Shown in pieces: positions 56,839 to 62,963 of a stretch of DNA of 62,963 nt. Made by a program: the position numbers and the translations under genes. The stretch is taken from the IMG/VR virus record IMGVR_UViG_3300042199_000105, positions 1 to 62,963 of that record; one strand, given 5' to 3'. Origin of the DNA: a virus. Its lineage: Duplodnaviria > Caudoviricetes. The stretch's first letter is position 1. Each line of letters begins with the position of its first letter. Under the pieces are notes generated by a model. That model was not told the origin of the DNA, ran no database searches, and saw nothing but the letters and a program-made list of their open reading frames with translations.

Positions 56839-57092
56839 ACTATATCCTGCTCTGCATCGCCATCGCCATCGCCAAAGCCACGGCCATAGCCATCGCCATA
56901 GCCATCTCCGTCGCCATAGCCACAGCCATAGCCATAGCCATAGCCAGAGCCATAGCCATAGCCATAGCCCAAGCCATCGCCATAGCCATAGCCATAGCCA
57001 GAGCTATAGCCACGGCCATAACCATAGCCATAGCAATAGCCATAGCCATCGCCTTTACGGCTCATTTCGCCACGAATTAGTTGCTCTTGCAT
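56823..57092 (-). CDS. Gly-Tyr repeat peptide B2
   Basis: MQEQLIRGEMSRKG...EQDIVCKSN. Confidence 0.7.
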   Translation of the reverse strand: MQEQLIRGEMSRKGDGYGYCYGYGYGRGYSSGYGYGYGDGLGYGYGYGSGYGYGYGCGYGDGDGYGDGYGRGFGDGDGDAEQDIVCKSN

Positions 57093-57361
57093 ACTATATC
57101 CTTTTCTCCATCGCCATAGCCATCGCCATAGCCATCGCCATCGCTATCGCCATCGCCATCGCTATCGCCAAAGCCATAGCCGTCGCCAAAGCCATAGCCA
57201 GAGCCAGAGCCATCTCGATCGCCATAGCCATAGCCATCGCCAAAGCCATCTCCATCGCCATAGCCATCTCCATCGCCATAGCCATCTCCATCGCCATAGC
57301 CATAGCCGTCGCCAAAACCATAGCCAGAGCCAGAGCCAAAGCCATAGCCTTCACGGCTCAT
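57077..57361 (-). CDS. Gly-Tyr repeat peptide B1
   Basis: MSREGYGFGSG...EKDIVCKSN; directly after the Sm-like gene. Confidence 0.7.
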   Translation of the reverse strand: MSREGYGFGSGSGYGFGDGYGYGDGDGYGDGDGYGDGDGFGDGYGYGDRDGSGSGYGFGDGYGFGDSDGDGDSDGDGYGDGYGDGEKDIVCKSN

Positions 57362-57372
57362 CTCGCCACGGA

Positions 57373-57681
57373 TCAGTTGCTCCAAGGAGCCTTTTCCCAA
57401 GCAGCAACAGCAGCATCGCTGCACAGCGCGACTGCGGTCACGTTGCGGACGACGATATCCGCCTTAGGCCCGATACGGCATCCGCTCGACGGACCAGTCG
57501 CTGCGAGACCAAAGCAGCCCTTGACGTCGGCACTCCAGTAAATGCACATTCGTGCATCCTTGAGCGTGATCGTGTCGCCGCTGTAGTCCTTCGTGTAACC
57601 GAAGAAAACGCCCCTGTGTGACGTGGTAATGATAACGGGAACCATCTTGTTAACTGCCTTCTTAACGATTTTCTTAGCCAT
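57373..57681 (-). CDS. Sm/LSm-fold-like protein (DUF6948-like), probable donor copy
   Basis: AAGGA RBS; MAKKIVKKAVNKMVPVIITTSHRGVFFG... Confidence 0.75.
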   Translation of the reverse strand: MAKKIVKKAVNKMVPVIITTSHRGVFFGYTKDYSGDTITLKDARMCIYWSADVKGCFGLAATGPSSGCRIGPKADIVVRNVTAVALCSDAAVAAWEKAPWSN

Positions 57682-57705
57682 GTTTAAATCCTTTTTTGTT
57701 AGTTG

Positions 57706-58065
57706 TTAATTGTAGAATTCCAAGTTGTACCCATGACGATTAAACAGCTCTTTGAGATCTTTCTCTCGATCTTCGTCGGAGCACATAGCATCGTCATTGA
57801 TCACCATAGCTTCTAGAGCTAATGTGTTGTTTACGAGATTACCGTAATCAGGAAACGAAAAACGGATCTCAGTTAATATCGAGGGCTTCTTGTAGAACTT
57901 CTTAGGTTCTCTCAAACTTTCGAGATCATCCCAAGAACACTTGGTGGTTTGGTGAATAACGTGCCCCAAGCAGCACCCAGCCTGTCGATCAGCGCACCAG
58001 AGGCTATTCTCAACGGTAGACATGCCGCGCAACCACTTCTTACGATCAATGCGGAAAGTTTTCAT
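57706..58065 (-). CDS. Hypothetical protein
   Basis: 119 aa; IDRKKWLRG...CCLG...NDD. Confidence 0.72.
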   Translation of the reverse strand: MKTFRIDRKKWLRGMSTVENSLWCADRQAGCCLGHVIHQTTKCSWDDLESLREPKKFYKKPSILTEIRFSFPDYGNLVNNTLALEAMVINDDAMCSDEDREKDLKELFNRHGYNLEFYN

Positions 58066-58340
58066 TGTGTAACCTTGTTGGTTTGAGCCTTTTCGATCAG
58101 CATGATTTCATAGAGAATGTAAGACGAGATACGCTGCATATTGAGAGCGATGTTCTTGGCATCCTCCAGAGAGAACGCCATGATGCGCGTCTCATGTGTA
58201 TCATTATACCGCTCCTTGGACCGAGTTTCAAGATAAATCGACAAATACTCGAAAGTTTCGTCAGGCTTGGTCATAACATGGCAGGTCATGTTAAACTTGT
58301 TGTCCTTGCTGACGTTGATTTCAAAACGAGTGTCAGTCAT
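58062..58340 (-). CDS. Hypothetical protein
   Basis: ATGA-coupled in the minus-strand operon. Confidence 0.7.
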   Translation of the reverse strand: MTDTRFEINVSKDNKFNMTCHVMTKPDETFEYLSIYLETRSKERYNDTHETRIMAFSLEDAKNIALNMQRISSYILYEIMLIEKAQTNKVTQ

Positions 58341-58546
58341 TGTGCTTGCTCCACAGAATAGTTTTCTACGTCGGGTTTACTGATGTTACGGAGACAGAAA
58401 AACATATTAGTAGCATCGAATTCGATCTTGTCAGTAAGTTCTTCTTGAACTCGCTCCCAATGCTGCTTTGTATCAGTCCATTGGTTCTGATCGAACTCCC
58501 AGCTATAAGTAATTTGTACTTTAACCTTGGTCATGAGTGGGATCAT
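58337..58546 (-). CDS. Hypothetical protein
   Basis: Coupled in the minus-strand operon. Confidence 0.65.
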   Translation of the reverse strand: MIPLMTKVKVQITYSWEFDQNQWTDTKQHWERVQEELTDKIEFDATNMFFCLRNISKPDVENYSVEQAQ

Positions 58547-58856
58547 CCAAAGAATCTTCGTAATGAATGCTCATGCCAAGCTGTTCTGCGATATACTTCT
58601 CCAGAGTAGCGCCCTTACTTTTAGACCAGCCCTGAAGCATCATAATGGAATCGCACTTCATAAGTTGAACGATACCATCCCTCATGTAATCCTCCCAAGT
58701 ACCTCTCTTAGGGTTCAGCGTAGGATTATAGACATCGAACCCTTTCTTTTCAAGGATATTGTACATATTGGAGAAATGATCCATTACCTCCTGATGCTCG
58801 CGTCCTGTAATGGGTCCGCTGATGTAAACAGAGTGCTTGCCAGAGTAACCAGTCAT
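58521..58856 (-). CDS. DUF4406 / nucleoside 2-deoxyribosyltransferase-like protein
   Basis: VYISGPITG, YNP, WEDYMR, CDSIMML.GWSKSKGA.LE motifs. Confidence 0.85.
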   Translation of the reverse strand: MTGYSGKHSVYISGPITGREHQEVMDHFSNMYNILEKKGFDVYNPTLNPKRGTWEDYMRDGIVQLMKCDSIMMLQGWSKSKGATLEKYIAEQLGMSIHYEDSLDDPTHDQG

Positions 58857-59413
58857 ACGAGTGTATTTCCAATCTTATTACCAATTTGTTCTAGAATCTC
58901 ACTAACCTTGTTCCAAGACATATTCGAGTCCTTGGCGAGAGCATTGATGTTAATCATACCAGAGGGCTTGATGTATTCAGGATCCTCAAGAATAAGGGTA
59001 ACGATCTGCATCTGCTCGTCGTTCAAAACACAAGGAAGCTCCTCAAGGAATACCGAAGTCTCTGGAGAACCCACAGAGGGGTCTGCCTTGTGAAGAACTT
59101 CTTCATTGTCGGAAATGTCAACAGTATTTCGGGTGATGTTGAACTTTTTAGTGATCTTAGCTCCCTTACTGTTTTTGATGTTCCAGAGGCAGGTTTTGAG
59201 ATACTTGTCGAATCCTTTGCTGCCCCAGAACTCGTCAAACGTAAGATTCTCCTTCTTTTCATAACCGCGAATAGCTTCCATAGCTGCCATCCAAATGTCT
59301 TGAGTGTTATCTTCGTGAGACGAGATGGCAGCGTCACCCGAAATCCAATGTCCAATCTTGTGAATGAGCTTACCGTACTTCTGTTCGATAAGGTTGAATT
59401 GTTGTTGATTCAT
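58853..59413 (-). CDS. Sigma70-family (ECF-like) sigma factor
   Basis: Region 2-like YGKLIHKI...EDNTQDIWMAAMEAIRGY...FDKYL; C-terminal HTH-like INALAK...SWNKV. Confidence 0.7.
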   Translation of the reverse strand: MNQQQFNLIEQKYGKLIHKIGHWISGDAAISSHEDNTQDIWMAAMEAIRGYEKKENLTFDEFWGSKGFDKYLKTCLWNIKNSKGAKITKKFNITRNTVDISDNEEVLHKADPSVGSPETSVFLEELPCVLNDEQMQIVTLILEDPEYIKPSGMININALAKDSNMSWNKVSEILEQIGNKIGNTLV

Positions 59414-59426
59414 GGCGAGTGTTGTA

Positions 59427-59801
59427 TCACTCCTTGGGCTGAGTATCTACGGTATTCTTGGAATTCGGCTTCACAGTATATCCTCGCTCTTGGAGGATAC
59501 CCGCGAGCGTATCACTTTCCATATCCTTGAGAAGATCAGAGACATGGAGAGAAACTGCCTGACTAGCAGCAGATAGCAGAGCGAAGATATCCTTGCCCTT
59601 GATATCCCAATTCTCTGCAACAATTTCGTGAAGCATAGCATTGGCTGCATCTTCGAGAGATCGGTAGAACTTGTCGGGGTTCTTCCACTTGGACTGCTTC
59701 ACCTGTCCAGCGAATCGACCGCGTTCCACAATATCTCCACCGTCCTGCCACTCTTGAATGGCCCAATTGTGTGCATCAGCACGAATGATTCGTCGCTTCA
59801 C
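59427..59801 (-). CDS. Hypothetical protein
   Basis: GTG start with AGGAG RBS. Confidence 0.7.
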   Translation of the reverse strand: MKRRIIRADAHNWAIQEWQDGGDIVERGRFAGQVKQSKWKNPDKFYRSLEDAANAMLHEIVAENWDIKGKDIFALLSAASQAVSLHVSDLLKDMESDTLAGILQERGYTVKPNSKNTVDTQPKE

Positions 59802-59953
59802 TTTTGCTCCTTGGCACAGGTTTCACAAAGCACAGCAGACTCACCGACGTTGGCGGATTGGATAGCCTTGGTGAGAGAGGCAACCCAGACGCACGGGAGG
59901 AACGTGATGTTCTTCGCGCAATCGTCACAGTAGCGTTGTGTCGTGTTCTTCAT
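59798..59953 (-). CDS. 51-aa Zn-finger protein (absent from ORF track)
   Basis: MKNTTQRYCDDC...LCETCAKEQK*; leaderless ATG; GTGA overlap with the next gene. Confidence 0.72.
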   Translation of the reverse strand: MKNTTQRYCDDCAKNITFLPCVWVASLTKAIQSANVGESAVLCETCAKEQK

Positions 59954-59989
59954 GGCGCGTATTATACCATGTATTATCGGCTAGGTCAA
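59954..59989 (-). promoter_or_regulatory. Sigma70-type leaderless promoter
   Basis: TTGACC-17-TATAAT with extended TG; ATG 7 nt downstream. Confidence 0.85.
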
Positions 59990-60092
59990 GGGGTATCTTT
60001 AGAAAATTTGGAGATTTTTATGTGTTTCATTAGTGAAAAGAGGGACCAGACGATCACTCCCGCACACAAAATTAACACAGCAAGGTCTAGAA

Positions 60093-60575
60093 TCATGCGG
60101 TCCACCATTCGGGCTTCTTAGCATTGGGCCACTCCCACTTCGCAAATCCAGCCTTGGCTCCCTTGTAGTATGCTCGGTATGCTTCTACCGCATCAGCACG
60201 CTTATACTCGTCGGGCATAGCTTGGGCAAACGGGGTCAAACCCTTGCTAGGCATACCTACGGGAACCGTACCAAGGATGCTTGCAAGTTTTTTCCAAGAT
60301 TCGTGAGTCTTGTTACGACGCATCACGAATTCCAGATTGAGGTTATTGAACAGGTGCCAAGCCCATTCGTAGTTAGCCACAGATTCACGAATCCAGATGG
60401 TGCAAGGGTGGTTAACGTGAGCTTTTTTGTAAACCAGAGCAGCTTCTGGAGTATTATAAATATGATGGGCAGTAGACATCATCTGAGCAGTCTCAAGAAT
60501 CATCTTGGGAACGTGCTTATCACAATGCATCTGCGCTGCAATCTTAGGATCTTTGTCCAAAATGAAGATGTTCAT
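60093..60575 (-). CDS. Pyrimidine-dimer DNA glycosylase family (DenV-like) protein
   Basis: MNIFILD.DP..AA..HCDKHV.KMILE.AQ and H.NHPC.IW motifs; upstream TTGAAA-17-TATTAT-7-ATG. Confidence 0.8.
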   Translation of the reverse strand: MNIFILDKDPKIAAQMHCDKHVPKMILETAQMMSTAHHIYNTPEAALVYKKAHVNHPCTIWIRESVANYEWAWHLFNNLNLEFVMRRNKTHESWKKLASILGTVPVGMPSKGLTPFAQAMPDEYKRADAVEAYRAYYKGAKAGFAKWEWPNAKKPEWWTA

Positions 60576-60628
60576 GCCCTACATAATAGCATGGGTTACG
60601 CCCGTTTTCAATTAAAAAATAAAATATT

Positions 60629-61198
60629 ATGCGAATTAAGAAGGAGCCAATCGTGCCATTAAAAGCAGGAACTAGCGATAAAGCTGTATCAGCAAATATC
60701 CTAGAATTAATTAAATCAGGACGCCCACGAAAGCAAGCAGTAGCCATAGCTTTAAGCGCAAAAAGAAAAGCAAAGAGAAGGAACACTATGAAAGAATCAT
60801 TATTTACTTCATATAAGAACCTTGGCTTGGTAATGGAAAGATGCTGGGCTGGTTATAGATCGGTTAAAGGCAAGAAAGCCTATTCAAAAGGGTCTTGCGT
60901 TAAAGAATCAGAACAAGTATCCGAAGAGGGTTTACACGCTTGGTTCTCTAAATCTAAATCTAATGATGGCAAAAAGGGGTGGGTACAAGTAGTTTCTGGT
61001 AAGCCTTGCGCTCGTCAGGAAGGACAAAAATCTACTCCAAAGTGTGTATCATCCGCAAAGAGGGCTTCTATGTCCAAGTCTAAACGCTTGTCAGCGCAAA
61101 GAAGAAAACGTCAAGCGGATCCAAACCAACCACAAAAAAGTGGTGCTGCTAAACCTACATATGTTCCAACAGATAAACCAAAAAGGAATGTCAAATGA
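60629..61198 (+). CDS. Highly basic putative internal head protein
   Basis: Modular K/R-rich: QAVAIALS, CWAGY, GLHAWF...GWV...KPC...PKC, separated by Glu-containing linkers. Confidence 0.7.
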   Translation: MRIKKEPIVPLKAGTSDKAVSANILELIKSGRPRKQAVAIALSAKRKAKRRNTMKESLFTSYKNLGLVMERCWAGYRSVKGKKAYSKGSCVKESEQVSEEGLHAWFSKSKSNDGKKGWVQVVSGKPCARQEGQKSTPKCVSSAKRASMSKSKRLSAQRRKRQADPNQPQKSGAAKPTYVPTDKPKRNVK

Positions 61199-61653
61199 TT
61201 AATGAAAAAAAAGATGCGTGTTACCACAAAGTAAAAGCTCGTTACAAAGTTTGGCCCTCAGCGTATGCTTCTGGTGCTTTGGTTAAATGCAGAAAGAAAG
61301 GTGCATCCAGTTGGGGTAGCAAGAATGAATCTATAATCAATGCTTACTATGCTTTAGGAGTTATTCTCGCAGAAGCCAAGACTCCAGCTTGGCAAAGAAG
61401 TGAAGGAAAGAATCCAGCAGGTGGATTAAATGCCAAGGGGGTAGCTTCCTATCGTGCTGCAAATCCAGGTTCTAAGCTAAAGACTGCTGTAACCACAAAA
61501 CCGTCTAAACTTAAAAAGGGTAGCAAAGCTGCCAAGAGACGCAAATCATTCTGTGCTCGCATGAGTGGAATGAAAAAGAGACTTACTTCTGCAAAGACCG
61601 CTAACGATCCAGACAGCAGAATTAATAAGTCTCTACGCAAGTGGAATTGCTAG
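61195..61653 (+). CDS. Highly basic putative internal head protein
   Basis: DACYHKVK...WPSAYASG, AWQRSEGKNPAGGLN, RRKSFCARM...LRKWNC modules. Confidence 0.75.
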   Translation: MINEKKDACYHKVKARYKVWPSAYASGALVKCRKKGASSWGSKNESIINAYYALGVILAEAKTPAWQRSEGKNPAGGLNAKGVASYRAANPGSKLKTAVTTKPSKLKKGSKAAKRRKSFCARMSGMKKRLTSAKTANDPDSRINKSLRKWNC

Positions 61654-61877
61654 AGGTCTTTTAGATTCTTGGGATTCTTTATCCCGAAGGTATTATTCTT
61701 AAATACCACAAACTGATCTGACCTGAAATGCCGTAATGCTCCATCCTTTTCGAGCACTACGGCAAATATATCATTAGACCATGTACCACCGTCCCGAACG
61801 TACATGATCCAACCTTCTCCTAGTTCGGTGTTAACAGGAATTGGGTTTTTGAATTCGTAAATCATCAGCAAGCACAA
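61650..61877 (-). CDS. Hypothetical protein
   Basis: EFKNPIPVNTELGEG; overlaps the upstream gene. Confidence 0.65.
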   Translation of the reverse strand: MCLLMIYEFKNPIPVNTELGEGWIMYVRDGGTWSNDIFAVVLEKDGALRHFRSDQFVVFKNNTFGIKNPKNLKDL

Positions 61878-62200
61878 ACGGGATCAGAGCCTTCATCGGG
61901 CTTGATCTCAATGTTTGACTTTTTAACATCACCATACAGAGCTTTTGTAGCATAATTAAAATCAGCTACGATGAGAGAGCTACCATAAGGACCAACACCA
62001 TCAACAACTCGATCCCTTGGATTCTTGTCTCGCAAAGCCATTCCTGTTACAGCAAATGGCAGAAGTGCTTGACGCAGATTGTAGTTGATTGAGTTAAGTT
62101 CTTGAATACGCTTCTCAAGATCCTTAATCTTATTTGTTAAAACAAACTCTTGTTTAAGCATATCGTATTCCTCATCCATACTTTTAAAGTATTCAGTCAT
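61865..62200 (-). CDS. Hypothetical protein
   Basis: Likely start ATG 62200 (MTEYFK). Confidence 0.65.
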   Translation of the reverse strand: MTEYFKSMDEEYDMLKQEFVLTNKIKDLEKRIQELNSINYNLRQALLPFAVTGMALRDKNPRDRVVDGVGPYGSSLIVADFNYATKALYGDVKKSNIEIKPDEGSDPVCAC

Positions 62201-62348
62201 CCTTCTTATTTTCCTTTTCATCTTCTGCGATAGCTTCCCAATCAATCTGGGAAAACAGATCCTCAAGTTCCTTCATAAACTTTTCAACTTCGGCATCCAA
62301 TTCTTGGTCAGTCTTAGAAGTGAATCCACTGGTGTCTTGATTTTGCAT
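62193..62348 (-). CDS. Acidic 51-aa protein (absent from ORF track)
   Basis: GAGGAG RBS; MQNQDTSG...KKDD*. Confidence 0.6.
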   Translation of the reverse strand: MQNQDTSGFTSKTDQELDAEVEKFMKELEDLFSQIDWEAIAEDEKENKKDD

Positions 62349-62350
62349 AA

Positions 62351-62656
62351 TTACTCCTCGATGCTTTTCTTTTCCATGTAGCGTGCCATACCCAACAATC
62401 CATATCCAACGATGTCTTGGTAAGGATTCTCGTTGAAAGCCTTGGGATTGTTTGCGATACGGAACAACTTATCTAGGATACGAACAATGGTAAGAACATC
62501 ATCATATTGCTCAGGTTTGATACCATTGGGGAACATTTGTCGAAGGCAATTGCCACTTCGACCAAAAGAATCCCCATAAGCAAGTTGCTTTTGACGGACA
62601 AGTTCTCCAACATCGTATCCAATATCTTCATAGTTTTTAGGGTTATTGTTGTTCAT
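62351..62656 (-). CDS. Nucleotide-modification-associated domain-like protein
   Basis: KQLAYGDSF...RILDKLFRI...DIVGYGLL; start ATG 62656. Confidence 0.6.
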   Translation of the reverse strand: MNNNNPKNYEDIGYDVGELVRQKQLAYGDSFGRSGNCLRQMFPNGIKPEQYDDVLTIVRILDKLFRIANNPKAFNENPYQDIVGYGLLGMARYMEKKSIEE

Positions 62657-62819
62657 CTTTGATTCTCTGTAGATCCGCTTTGATTTCCAGTAGTGCATCG
62701 AGCCTTCCCTTAGCGTAGTCTCGGAAACCTCTACCACTATCCATTAGAGTGCTGTTGTTGTAGATATTCAACCACTCTTGAACATTTTTATCCACTTGCT
62801 GCTTTAGTTCGCTCAACAT
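62643..62819 (-). CDS. 58-aa hypothetical protein (absent from ORF track)
   Basis: MLSELKQQVD...KDEQQ*, overlapping both neighbours. Confidence 0.55.
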   Translation of the reverse strand: MLSELKQQVDKNVQEWLNIYNNSTLMDSGRGFRDYAKGRLDALLEIKADLQRIKDEQQ

Positions 62820-62963
62820 ATACTTTCTACAATTATTCCAGCTTTTGTTAAAAGGGCTATTCCGTCAGAATGATAGTTCTCATGGTAGACAACACGCTTT
62901 ATTCCAGACTGAATAATTAGTTTGGAACATTCATAGCATGGTGCCATCGTAACGTATAATGTA
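62813..62963 (-). CDS. dCMP deaminase, 3' part (truncated by window)
   Basis: TLYVTMAPCYECSKLIIQSGIKRVVY motif. Confidence 0.88.
   Translation of the reverse strand, partial: TLYVTMAPCYECSKLIIQSGIKRVVYHENYHSDGIALLTKAGIIVESIC

Noticed and set aside
55685-57361. Diversity-generating retroelement or CRISPR-like spacers in the Gly-Tyr array
   Set aside because: No reverse transcriptase in the window; variation is hexamer slippage and substitution not confined to adenines; no TR/VR pair
55685-57424. Programmed -1 frameshifts joining the Sm-like protein and peptides into one polyprotein
   Set aside because: Frames are compatible but junctions lack a canonical slippery heptamer and contain a good RBS plus ATG; coupling is simpler, though not excluded
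55675-57541. Poly(Met-Ala), poly(His-Ser), poly(Ile-Ala) and poly(Leu-Trp) ORFs, also at 51728-52310
   Set aside because: Shadow frames of the GGCTAT hexamer; only the Gly-X frame has an RBS, conserved leader/tail and operon orientation
1-62963. Alternative genetic code (stop-codon reassignment)
   Set aside because: Long conserved genes are intact in code 11 and TAA, TAG and TGA all act as stops

Overview
This window is part of a large T4-like (myovirus-type) tailed phage genome read in the standard genetic code. Bases 1-47,050 are AT-rich and mostly on the minus strand. They hold the morphogenesis genes (prohead protease, tail-spike and baseplate gp6/gp7/gp25/gp5/gp27/gp53/gp26-like genes, tail fibre plus chaperone, portal, large terminase), with primase, UvsW-like helicase and a PD-(D/E)XK nuclease interspersed. 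At about 47,110 the sequence turns abruptly more GC-rich. It becomes a plus-strand array of small genes separated by ten copies of a ~121-bp module: CTGCCA-N3-TGGCAG dyad, GC box, TAAGT-N15-ACTTA dyad, then a sigma70-type promoter whose -10 lies 6-7 nt before a leaderless ATG. Cargo includes an 82-nt tmRNA-like RNA with no mRNA domain, a hairpin-rich noncoding stretch, an acidic candidate DNA mimic, and a captured copy of an Sm-fold-like gene followed by Gly-Tyr peptide genes. The other copy of that gene (minus strand, 57.4-57.7 kb) heads seven translationally coupled Gly-Tyr repeat peptide genes. Between the two lies a noncoding junction with NrdR-box-like sites, an anticodon-less tRNA-like element and 52-bp-phased repeats. 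A likely -1 programmed frameshift joins the gp26-like and gp51-like genes. All family calls come from motif recognition by eye; no database search was run.
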